Positions 1 to 11,679 of a stretch of 64,000 nucleotides of DNA are shown piece by piece. The stretch lies in contig CM059432.1 in NCBI GenBank assembly GCA_030390025.1, forward strand, positions 126,792,001 through 126,856,000. The letters are read 5' to 3'. The number at the start of each line of letters is the position of its first letter. The first letter of the stretch is position 1. A program made the translations under genes and the position numbers. The notes beneath the pieces were generated by a model. It made no database searches. It had not been told where the DNA came from and saw only the letters and a list, made by a program, of their open reading frames with translations. The DNA is from Squalus acanthias (Eukaryota).

Positions 1-1953
1 AGTTGCATCGTTTAAAGAGTACCTGTTTGATAAGGAAAGACTTTGGCCAAACTATTATCTGGTGAAAGAGAGAGAATTGCACCATGTAGATACCAGTGCC
101 TGCTTAATTTATTACTCCAGCTTTTGTTCAAGGATCAAAATGCTGGAGCAGGGGTTTACCAAACTGCGACCCATAGCCTACATAATCCCCAAGCCCAGAC
201 AATCCTGCCCTCGAAACTGAAGCAACTCAATCTATTTTCAATTATTTCTTGTTTGCAATTTTTTATTTTAATTTTGTGGGCCTGGGGGTTTAGAAAGGCC
301 TGTTCTTAGTACTGGTGCCTCATCTCAAATCATAATGTCAAGGTCTGTCAGCATCAATAACTTGAAATATATGTAGATTAATAGAAACATGGTTTTAACT
401 TCCGATGTGACCCTTTAGCCTCCATGGCTATAAGACCCACGGAGCTAAAACACTCGGGGACACCCCTATGTTGAGTAAAGGAAGAATTACATTAACATTT
501 TATTAGGATACATTTCTAAAATTTATTTCAGTATGAACAGAAGCAAAGCTGTCTTGCTACAAACTATAAAGTTTTTGTACGATATTATCTTTACCCCTTT
601 TTAAGCTAAATCAATGTAAGTGGACAATGGAAGTATAAGTGGCCAGCAATATCTGGGAGTTGAACACCCAGTCGCCTTTCAACAAATTATAAACTCTTTG
701 AAGAGCAATCAGACAGGTGCCAGAAAATTAGAGCTTACCATTTTTTTTTTTAAATAGTGAATGGCTGAGCCATCGAAAATAAACTTGGGTTTTATGGGAA
801 GCGAGCCAAATGCGCTCAGTCAGGGCGCAAAGAACTACTCATCCAGGGCTAATCGGACTATGCTGCATTAAAGCATTAATGGGGCATGCAAGATGTGAAC
901 CACTGTTCATCAGGTGGATTAATGTTCAAAATATTCCATGGTGTTTGACTTGGTTTTATTGACTGTGCCGAGGCCTCAGTCTGGGATATATTCGGCAGGC
1001 TGTTGGCTTTTTTAAAAAAAAAAATCAGTTTCTGTTGTATGCAAGACAATACTGGGTTCAGTGGGGAAAGCTGCAACATTTGCCTTTCTAATGTAAACAT
1101 CTGTCTAGATGTCTTGCAGTTTATTGGATTTTTAAACACAGTATAGACAAAATACTTTCAAACCCTTGTGGACTGATCCAGATCTTTGTTTTGACTGTTA
1201 TTCGTACTACTAGTTTCTAACTTTTTAAAGCTTCTCTGAAATCCTAATTACTACAATAAATTCAACATAGATGTAGCTTGTATTAAACTGTCGGGTTGAC
1301 TTTTTTCACTTATCGAAGAGAAGAGTTACATGGTGGGCAACTTATGTGACTTCCAATGAAAAGTACATTGGTAAAAGGGCAATTGTTGATTCTGAGCCAT
1401 ACCGTCCCCATTCACAGCATGTCTAAAGATCCTAATTGTTAGATCATAGGGATGTGGGTCTGATTATGTAAAAGGCAATTTGCTTTGAGCGAGTGAGTGG
1501 GGACAAAGCCTCAATTGCATCATTACTATTAATGTTCCAACTATGACTTGCGGAGATCAGAATAAGAGAGAAATTCGAGCCTCATCTGATCCCTCTAGCA
1601 GAAGTCATATTCACCAGAATTGATGATAAATCCAAGTCATGAATTTGATGTCACAAGACGCCACAAGTGCAGTAGGGTAAGAGCGTCATACTAAGTTCAG
1701 CTCCAAATTAGGAGTAACATGCGAGTCTTGTCCATATCTTCAATCATCCAGATATTAAAACAGCTTGTTCCCATTGAGCCACCAACCTATGGGAGCACAG
1801 AATTTGAAAGTCCCAAAAGCAGTCATTTTTAAATTAAAAACCCAGTTCTGGCAACAAACTTCCATGTTCTCAGGTGAAAAGGTTTCTGAATAACGATCAA
1901 TATCCCAGAATAAGGCTTGAATAGATTGTCTCATTGTCAGTTCCAGGCCGAAA

Positions 1954-2418
1954 GTCAGTTGTGGCTCAGTTGGTAGCACACTCGCCTCAATCAGAAGGTT
2001 GTGGGTTCAAGTCCCACTCCAGGGACTTGCGCACATAAAGCTAGGCTGACATTCCAGTACAGTGCTGAGGGAGTGCTGCACCGTCGGAGGTGCCGTCTTT
2101 CGGATGAAACGTTAAATCGAGGCCCCGTCTGCTCTCTCAGGTGGACGTAAAAGATCCCATGGCACTATTTCGAAGAAGAGTAGGAGTTATCCCCGGTGTC
2201 CTGGCCAATATTTCTCCCTCAACCAACATAACAAAAACAGATTATCTGGTCATTTTCACATTGCTGTTGGTGGGAGCTTGCTGTGCGCAAATTGGCTGCC
2301 GCGTTTCCGACATTACAACAGCGACTCCACTTCAAAAGTACTTCATTGGCTGTAAAGCGCTTTGAGACGTCCGGTGGTTGTGAAAGGCGCTATAGCAATG
2401 CAAGTCTGTCTTTCTTTT
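1954..2418 (+). mobile_element. Near-complete tRNA-derived SINE, DeuSINE type (SacSINE1-like)
   Basis: A box TGGCTCAGTTGG (~1962), B box GTTCAAGTCC (~2005), Deu-like core GACGTAAAAGATCCCATGGCACTATTTCGAAGAAGAG...GGTGTCCTGGCCAA, L2-like tail GTAAAGCGCTTTGAGACG...AAAGGCGCTATA. Confidence 0.85.
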
Positions 2419-2919
2419 TGAATAGTATGGTGTGCCACAATCTTCTTTACTAAGTCGGAGACTCAGAAGCTGAATAATCAAGAGGAAGAGGCAAGGAGGC
2501 CAAAAATAAAATAGTCCCATCCTGATAACTGACCGGCAATAAATGGCGAAGAACCTGCAAACTCCACTCCAGAAATAGATGATGTCCAGTTTCAATTTTT
2601 CACTGATTCAACAAAACTTTGGAAAAGAAAGCCTTCTAGTAGAATGCCAAATTGCAGATGCATTATACTTTCAAGACTGGTTATAGAGTAGTCTTTCCTC
2701 ACCAGGTAAGCTATGCAAAATACTATCCACACTCGTATTTAATCTGTGCATTTCTAAAAAGCCTGATGGGACTAGACAGGCATTAAACAAACCAATCTAA
2801 TCTTTAATGCAGCTACATTAGCAGAGGAAAGTTCGTATTTCTCTGAAACTTTCAGGTCTAAATTCACCAAAAAAGCTTGTGTGTGCAAATAACAGATCAT
2901 ATAAACAGCTTTAACTCAC

Positions 2920-3130
2920 CTTCTTCCTCTTTCGTCTCTTTATTACTTGTGGGGAAACAGACAGACACACAGGCGTGTAAGACATTACGATTCCCATCAC
3001 ACCGATTGCTTAGGAATGTATTTAGTGCTTGCGGTGTTTGTTCCAACAGAACAGCCTGCTCGAGATTCATCAAGTACTGCCTGGAGGCTTCATAATCACA
3101 TCTCAGTATGTGCTGCATTAATGCTTGCTT
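2920..3130 (-). CDS. UBR5: UBR5 exon (~exon 21), 211 nt
   Basis: ctacag|AAG CAA...GAA G|gtgagt; KQALMQHILRCDYEASRQYLMNLEQAVLLEQ...HACVSVCFPTSNKETKEEE. Confidence 0.96.
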
Positions 3131-3324
3131 CTGTAGAAGGGATTAAACAAAAAAGCATGACTAATTATGTTGGGAGATTTTATGCACAATATGCATAATA
3201 GTTTAGTAACTGTCCTGGTAAGAATATATAATATATACACACACGCACATGTAAATTTCTCTGCCCTTTTCATACAATATATTAAAGATTTCACTTGCAG
3301 TATTATTGCACTGAAGACTCATCA

Positions 3325-3540
3325 AGACTGGTTTGCTTTTTTTTAATGACCATATTAACCTGCATCACCACTATGTGATTTTTGTATCTGTACCCCTAGA
3401 TCCCTTTGCTCGTTTACCCCATTTAGACTTATTATCCAAGCAGTATTCCGACCAAAATGTAACACCTCACACTTGCCTATACTGAAATTCATTTGCCAAT
3501 TACATGCCCATTCTGCCAGTTTACTAATGTCTTCTTTTTT
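3325..3540 (-). mobile_element. CR1 LINE RT C-terminal fragment
   Basis: ORF 3355-3561: LAEWACNWQMNFSIGKCEVLHFGR...EQRDLGV. Confidence 0.85.
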
Positions 3541-3612
3541 GATAATGTTCCCGTGAAGCACCTAGGGGCGATATTGCTACGCTAAAGGCACGGTATAAAT
3601 GCAAGTTGTTGT
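3541..3612 (+). mobile_element. L2-type LINE/SINE 3' tail fragment
   Basis: GTGAAGCACCTAGGG...AAAGGCAC..ATAAATGCAAGTTGTTGT, matching the reverse complement of 3875-3935. Confidence 0.6.
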
Positions 3613-3871
3613 AATATTGTACTACAAAGTTTATGAATGTAACTAGGATCAACGGCTGCTGACAAATTAGAGCTTCTCATCTCAAATATTCATGGCCAAA
3701 ATGTAGACCAATACAGTACTGCAACTCAGAAATTAAATTGGAGGTTGAATTTTAAATCCATACGCAGCTTCAATATTCATCTCATGCTTATTGATAATCA
3801 CCAACGCCATGGTTATTTACACAAAACAATGCCTTAGAGCAATTTAATGACAATACCATAAGAAATATCTA

Positions 3872-4445
3872 AAGAACAACAACTTGTATTTATATAGCGC
3901 CTTTAACGTAGTAAAACGTCCCATGGCGCTTCACAGAAGTATTAAAAGACAAAAAAATTGACACCGAACCACATAAGGATAAATTAGGGCAGGTGACCAA
4001 AAGCTTGGTCAAAGAGGTAGGTTTTAAGGAGCATCTTAAAAGGAGGAAAGAGAGGTAGTGAGGCGGAGGTTTAGGCAGGGAATTCCACAGCTTAAGGCCT
4101 AGGCAACAGAAGGCACGGCCACCAATGGTCGCGCGATTAGAATCAGGGATGCTCAAGAGGGCAGAATTAGAGGAGCGCAGATATCTCGGGGTTGTGGGGC
4201 TAAAGGAGATTACAGAGATAGGGAGGGGTGAGGCCAGGGAGGGATTTGAAAACAAGGATGAGAATTTTGAAATCGAGGCATTGCTTAACCCGGAGCCAAT
4301 GTTGGTCAGTGAGCACAGGGGCGATAGGTGAACGGGACTTGGTGCGAATTAGGACACAGGCAGCTGAGTTTTGGATGACCTCAAGTTTACGTAGGGTAGA
4401 ATGTGGGAGGCCAACCAGGAGTGCGTTGGAATAAGTCAAGTCTAG
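3872..4445 (-). mobile_element. L2-clade LINE, 3' end (5'-truncated)
   Basis: YSNALLVGLP...IQNSAACVL...PVL..HWL.V...FKIL; RYLRS...GGRAF....KLWNSLP; (GTT)n tail. Confidence 0.88.
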
Positions 4446-4479
4446 AAAATCTAAAAAATAAAACATGACCAACACCCAG

Positions 4480-5330
4480 GTTCACTGTATACCTGGATTT
4501 TCAGGGGCTTTTGACAGGGTGCCACACAGTGGGCCGCTTGGTACAATGGAGTCCTGTGGGATTGGCAGGCAGGTTTTGGGTTGGATGGGGAACATTCTCC
4601 TAGGCAGAGGGTTCTTATTGGTGGCAGTGGTTGGATGTGGGGACTAGTTGCTTGTCACACAGCAATTGGTGTTGAGGCCGCTGCTCTTCACCACCTTTGT
4701 CAATAATCTAGATAAGGATGTTGGGATGGTACAGGGATTTGTGGGGGTGACCTCAGATGGGAGAGATGGATTGCGAGTGAATCTGGATTCAATGAGGGAT
4801 ATCGGCCTGCTTCTGGCAGATGTCAGTTTAGTGTAGATGGATCCAGTGTTGTGCAAATGGGTGGCGCTGGCGTTGGGCATGTGAGCACCACGTGGGATTG
4901 CGAGCTTGGGACTGCTTAGCAGGAGAGTCATCTAGGTGTTGTGGTGCACGGGTCTCAGAGTTTGCGACCAGTGCCACAGTGCTGAGGCAGGGGTAGCTGG
5001 AGTGTTAAGATGCATCACAGGGACAATTGAAAATAGAACAGGGAGTACTGTGTTCTTGTATGGGACCCTGACTGCACCTCATCTAGACTGCTGTAGCAGG
5101 TTTTGGTCCCTTCATGGCAAGTGGTGCGGAGGGCTGGGAGGAGGGCCACTTTGTTGATACCAGTTATAAAGGTCCTTGGTTACCAGAATAAGCTTGGAGA
5201 GCTGGGATGTTTTTCTCTGGAGAGGTGTGCATGTCAAAGAGATTTGAATGAGATCTTAAGGTGCGATGAAGGGAATGGATAGGCAATTTGGTTTGGGAAA
5301 GATTAGGGGACATGCATGGAGCCATGTTGG
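4480..5330 (+). mobile_element. Old degenerate CR1 LINE RT fragment
   Basis: FSGAFDRVPH, LVLRPLLFTTFVNNLD, APHLDCCSRFWS remnants in different frames. Confidence 0.75.
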
Positions 5331-6282
5331 GGGTTATTTCTTTTCTGGGGGGGCTTGGGGGTGGGAAGAGAAGAAACAAAATGTTGATGATCTTTGCAGC
5401 ATGTTGCCGGCTCATGCAAACAGTCTGGGGCGAGGAACCAGACAAGTTCCTAACTGTGGCTTACATCACACCATGAAGGATGGGTGGGATATATCTTTCT
5501 TGGTTACTTTTTTCTTTCCCAGGTGATTGCATGCCTGGCTACTGGCCACAGTGTATGCTAAAGTTGCACCACGACTGTGTGGGACAGGCTCACTGTTTTT
5601 CCCATCTGTTTTCATACATTCACAAAAGTATTGTGTTCTTTAGAAAAACTTCTTGGACAGATCTAGTACCTCAAAATTTAATTTAACCTGAACAAGTGGC
5701 ACCAAACACTACAAAAAATGTACATAAGCCATGCATTTCCCTAGTTTAAACACCTACGCATACCTGACAAGCACATCACAAAATGCAGTACAGATGTTAA
5801 TATATTAAAAAAATTACACCTGTCCACATTTGTCAACTTTTCCCATCATAATTTCCTATGTCCACATTTATAGTGGAAACTGCATGATGTAAACTTGTCA
5901 CATTCTTATTACATCCTCCCAGCAGTCAATGCATCTCAATTTTGCATCTCCTTGCTCATCCGCCTGTACAGCAAAGAAACTCCTCTGCTTCCCAAATTTC
6001 CCTCAGTTTTGTTATTTAACTATAAATGATGGATTGAAAGTATTATATATAAAAATGACAGAATTAGGACTAAAATGACAGAATTACATCCGCATGGCCC
6101 AGTCTGACTATCAGTCACCCTCCAACCCGGATTCAGTCACAAATTACACTTGGTCTATTAGGTTCAAAGAAAATCATCTGTGTTTTACCGATTCATATTT
6201 AGTACATCAATATCGTACATAGGTGATGAATCCAAAACTCAAAACTAAATTTGGGATATTTAACCTTTGTCAATCAACCTAC

Positions 6283-6480
6283 CTCTACAGCCATTACTAT
6301 GACAGCTGCTTTCTTCTTAATGGATGAATTTGCAGGAAGATTTGTCAAAGAATGGATACCCATTCCGAGGCTAGTAATTGGTGGGAGATCTAGCCAGTCA
6401 GGATCACGGATTCCACCCATACAATCTTTAGCCATTGGGTAAATTGTGCCATTTCCATCCCTGAGGATGATGGGAGATTC
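6283..6480 (-). CDS. UBR5: UBR5 exon (~exon 20), 198 nt
   Basis: ttctag|GAA TCT...GTA GAG|gtaggt; ESPIILRDGNGTIYPMAKDCMGGIRDPDWLDLPPITSLGMGIHSLTNLPANSSIKKKAAVIVMAVE. Confidence 0.96.
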
Positions 6481-7369
6481 CTAGAAATATAAAAATAAGC
6501 AATCAGAAAAATGTATTCTTGAATATGCTAAACATTAGCGACACAAATTTCCATACATTTCACACAACTCAGGTGATAGTTTGTGAATTGCCCATCATCA
6601 CAAAATACAAAGATAGGTCAAACAGTTGAAGCAAACAACTCGTTATTCAGTTATCTGATCTTTGTGTCACACCAACTGGGAAAGCACATGACCAAAATGC
6701 CAGAGACTCATTCAAAGTACAACCTTGCTCAACACAAAGTGCTTCAGCTGAAATTTGCTATTCAAAAGGAAGCTGAATTTTAGTAATCATTTGCCATGCT
6801 CACACATTAAGAAAAAAAATTACATTTTCCTGAAAGGAAGCAGTATGTTAAAAATGTAACTTGCCATTAAAAATACAAATATCAACCATATATTAAAAAT
6901 CTTGACTAAGACGTCAACCATAATACCGGTGATGAGGATACCCATACTTCCTGTCCACTAATATAATTTTTGATCACACTTTTCCGTCAACATTTTCCAA
7001 TGTAAATTGCTTGGTCAACATTTACCATTCAATATGCTACGTCAACTGTCATAATGTAGTTGCAGCCTCTCGGCAATAGATGGTTCTGTTGAGCAACCTT
7101 CAGACCCATACTAAAAAAATACGCACAACTCTCTCGATTCATTGCCATCCACTAACAAACATTAGGCCTAATTCTACCAAGTCTAAAGTAAAAAATAATG
7201 AATTGATAGGAGCTATATTGTTAACAACTGGCTGTCAGAAAACATTAGATTTCCTACTGCACATATAGCCTTCAGTTTTTGACTTTCAACCTCTATCTCT
7301 GGACCTGTCCCATTGTCCAACAGTACTTGTATGCTATTACTAGAAGAATAAAGTTTGTAACTGTATTCT

Positions 7370-7888
7370 GCAGAGAGTGATCCACCTCCCGACTCCCCAG
7401 AGCCTTTTGCACCATCTACAAGGCACAAGTCAGGAGTGCGATGGAACACTCTCCACTTGCCTGGATGAGTGCAGCTCCAACAACACTCAAGATGCTCGAC
7501 ACCATCCAGGACAATGCAGCCCGCTTGATTGCCACCCCATCCACCACCTTAAACATTAATTCCCTCCACCACCGGCGTACCGTGGCTCCAATGTGAACCA
7601 TCTACAAGATGCACTGCATCAAAACGCCAAGGCTTCTTCGGCAGCACCTCCCAAACCCACGACCTTTCCCACCACATACTTGGAAATATATCACTTTTCC
7701 TTCATTGTCACTGGGTTAAAATCCTGGAACTCCCGACCTAACACCACTGTGGGAGCACCTTCACCACACGGACTGCAGCAGTTCAAGAAGGTGGCTTACC
7801 AGACCTTCTCAAGGGCAATTAGGGATGAGCAATAAATGCTGGCCTTGCAAGTGATCTCCACACCCCGTGAATGAATAAATTAAAAAAA
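7370..7888 (+). mobile_element. 3' fragment of the same LINE family as 7938-11052
   Basis: Colinear with ~10505-11040; ends CAAGGGCAATTAGGGATGAGCAATAAATGCTGGCC...AATAAATTAAAAAAA. Confidence 0.88.
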
Positions 7889-7937
7889 CATCTGCCTCTC
7901 AGGACTTGTGACAAACCCTAAAATACGAACATACATC

Positions 7938-10900
7938 GGGAACGGTAGCTTATGGTTAGGTTACTGGACCAGTAATCCAGAGGCCTGGACTAATGATCCA
8001 GAGACACGAATTGAAATCCCACGACAGCAGCTGGGGAATTTGAATTCAGTTAATTAAATAAATCTGGAATAAAAAGCTAGTATCAGTAATTATCAGATTG
8101 TCGTAAAAACCTGTTGCACTAATGTTCTTACCTGGTCTGGCCTATATGTGACTCCAGACCCACGGAAATGTGGTTGACTCTTAAATGTCCTCTGAAATGG
8201 CCTAACAAGCCACTCGGTTGTAACAAACCGCTACAGAAAACAATAATAAGTGGAAGGACCACCCGGCATCGACTTTGGACACAACAAAGGCAAACCCAGC
8301 CCAGTCGATGCGGCAAAGTCCTCCTCACCAGTATCTGGGGACTTGTGCCAAAATTAGGAGAGCTGTCACATGGACTAGTCAAGCAACAGCCTGACATAGT
8401 CATACTCACAGAATCATACCTTTCAGCCAATGTCCCAGACTCCTCCATCACCATCCCTGGCTATGTCCTGTCCCATCGGCAGGACAGACCCACCGGAGGT
8501 GGCGGTGCAGTGGTATACAGTCGGGAGGGAGTGGCCCTGGGAGTCCTCAACATTGACCTCGGACCCCATGAAGTCAAGCATGGGCAAGGAAACCTCCTGC
8601 TGATTACCACCTACCGCCCTCCCTCAGCTGATGAATCAGAACTACTCCACGTTGAACACCACTTGGAAGAAGCACGGAGGGTAGCAAGGGCACAGAATGT
8701 ACTCTGGGTGGGGGACTTATGTCCATTACCAAGAGTGGCTCGGTAGCACCACTACTGCCCTGAAGGACATAGCTGCCAGGCTGGGCCTGCAGCAGGTGGC
8801 GAGAACCAACACAAGGGGAAAAACCTACTTGACCTCGTCCTCACCAATCTACCTGTCGCAGATGCATTTGCCCATGACAGCATTGGTAGTAGTGACCACC
8901 ACACAGTCTTCACACTGAGGACACCCTCCATCATCTTGTGTGGCACTACCACCGTGCTAAATGGGATAGATTCAGAACAGTTCTAGCAGCTCAAAACTGG
9001 GCATCCATGAGGTGCTGTGGGCCATCAGCAGCAGTAGAATTGTATTCCACCACAATCTGTAGCCTCATGGCCCAGCATATCTCCCACACTACCATTACAT
9101 CAAGCCAGGGGACCAACCTTGGTTCAATGAGGAGTGCAGAAGAGCATGCCAGGAGCAGCACCAGGTGGACCTAAAAATGCGGTGTTACCCTGGGGAAGCT
9201 GCAACACATGACTACATGCATGCTAAACAGCGAAAGTAGAATGCTATAGAGAGCTAAGCGATCCCACAATCAACGGATCAGATCAAAGCTCTGCAGTCCT
9301 GCCACATCCAATCCTGAATGGTGGACAATTAAACAACTAACAGGAGGAGGAGGCTCCATGAATATCCCCATCCTCAATGATGGCGGAGCCCAGCAAGTAA
9401 GTGCAAAAGACAAGGCTGAAGCGTTTGCAACCACCTTCAGCCAGAAGTGCCAAGTGAATGATCCATATCGGCCTCCTCCTGATGTCCCCACCATCACAGA
9501 AGCCAGTCTTCAGCCAATTTGATTCACTCCACGATATCAAGAAATGGCTGAGCGCACTGGATACAGCAAAGACTATGGTCCCCGACAACATCTCGGCCGT
9601 CGTGCTGAAGACTTGAGCTCAAGTACTACCCGCGCCTCTAGCCAAGCTGTTCCAGTACAGCTACAACACTGGCATCTATCCGACAATGTGGAAAACTGCC
9701 CAGCTATGTCCGTCAACAAAAAGCAGGACAAATCCAATCCGGCCAATTTCTGCCCCATCAGTCTACTCTCAATTATCAGATGGAATGTGTCGTCGGCAGT
9801 ACTAACATGCGGCACTTACTCACCAATAACCTGCTCACCGATGCTCAGTTTGGGCTCCGCCAGGACTACTCGGCTCCAGACCTCATTACAGCCTTGGTCC
9901 ATACATGGACGAAAGAGCTGAATTCCAAAGGTGAGGTGAGAGCGACTGCCCTTGACATCAAGGCAGCATTTGACAGTGTGGCATCAAGGAGTCCTAGTAA
10001 AACTGAAGTCAATGGGAATCAGGGGAAAAACTCTCCACTGGCTGGAGTCATACCAAGCACAAAGGAAGGTGGTTGTTGGAGGTCAATCATCTCAGCCCCA
10101 GGAGTTCTGAAGGGCAGTGTCCTAGGCCCAACCATCTTCAGCTGCTTCATCAATGACCTTCCCTCAATCAAAGTCAGAAGTGGGGATGTTCACTGATGAT
10201 TGCAGTGTTCAGTTCCATTTGCAACTCCCCAGATAATGAAGCCGTCCACACCTGCATGCAGCAAGACCTAGACAACATTCAGGTTTGGGTGATAAGTGGC
10301 AAGTAACATTCGTGCCACACAAGTGCCAGGCAATGACTATCTCCAAGGGAGAGTCCAACCCCCGCCCCATGATATTCAACGGCATTACCATCGCTGAATC
10401 CCCCACCATTAACATCCTGGAGGTCACCACTGACCAGAAACTTAACTGGACCAGCCACATAAATACTGTGGCAACGAGAGCAGGTCAGAGGCTAGGTATT
10501 CTGTGGCGAGTGTCTCACCTCCTGACTCCCCAAAGCCTTTCCACCATCTACAAGGCACAAGTCAGGAGTGTGAGGGAATACTTTCCACTTGTCTGGATGA
10601 GTGCAGCACCAACAACACTCAAGAAGCTCGACACCATCCAGGACAAAGCAGCCTGCTTGATCAGCACCCCATAGCTGCAATGTGTACCATCTACAAGATG
10701 CACTGCAGCAACTCACCAAGGCTTCTTCGACAGCACCTCCCAAACCCGCAACCTTTATCACCTAGAAGGACAAGGGCAGCAGGCGCCTGGGAACACCATC
10801 ACCCGCAAGTTCCCCTCCAAGTTACACACAATCCTGACTTGGAAATGTATCGCTGTTCCTTCATCAGCGCTAGGACAAAATCCTGGAACTCCCTCCCAAC

Positions 10901-11052
10901 AGCACTGTGGGAGTACCTTCACCACATGGACTGCAGCAGTTCAAGGCAGCAGCTCACCACCACCTTCTCAAGGGCAATAAGGGATGGGCAATAAATGCTG
11001 GCCTTGCCAGGTGATGCCCACATCCCAGAAACGATTATAAAGAATAAAAAAA
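7938..11052 (+). mobile_element. Near full-length decayed CR1-group (Zenon-like) LINE with tRNA-like 5' head, APE endonuclease and RT, no ORF1 visible
   Basis: APE: QQPDIVILTESYL, RQDRPTGGGG, TTYRPPS, WVGD; RT: PISLLSII, QFGLRQ, ALDIKAAFD, GSVLGPTIFSCFINDL, MFTDDC (~10185), IYKAQVRSVREY; many frameshifts; A-rich tail. Confidence 0.88.
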
Positions 11053-11679
11053 TGACGTGCAGGAAAAGCCCAGCTGGTCCAACAATCCTACCCCACATCA
11101 CAATGGGTCGACCTTCCATTTCCCCCCTCTCACACCCACCCCCGCAGCCATGTAATCTTCTGAGAGAGGCAGAAAAAGAGGGAAAAAATGATTAATTTGA
11201 TTAATGTCTTGCTATTGACCAATTGTGAAACGATCCCAACTGTGCAGCACCAAATCTTTGATAAGATTTTTTTTTTTTAAAAACAAATGATCCAATCCCC
11301 CCACCTAAAAAATTGCAAGATTTTCTCAAACTTTGTGCCAAATGAATTTCACTACTCTGCTCTAATTGACCGGAGGTCTAGGTGTCTGCTTTAGCCCCTT
11401 ATTGTTCAGGGAATTCAGAAGAAAATTTCTTACCCAGAAAGTGGGTACCGTATCGTGACTATAAGGGACTTGGTCTTTGATTTGACATTGGGAGGGGGTA
11501 CTGATGAAGTACAGGAAAATCACCTAATAAAAATGCCAACACAAGGGCTAAGATTTCTCAAAAAGGGACAGTACCACTGAACGATTTCCAGCAACTAAAT
11601 TATCTTATGCAGAGACTGACTAAGTGAGGAAGAAAATGCATAATCCAAATTTTTATTAATATTTATTTCATGGGTGACA

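Noticed and set aside
1958..2025. Apparent tRNA gene (A and B boxes)
   Set aside because: It runs directly into a SINE body and tail and recurs at 27140, 41195 and ~60990; it is a SINE head without a proper cloverleaf
1..2919. Next downstream UBR5 exon (AERSERNTFAERLSAVEA...)
   Set aside because: Not found by eye; presumably beyond the left edge of the window
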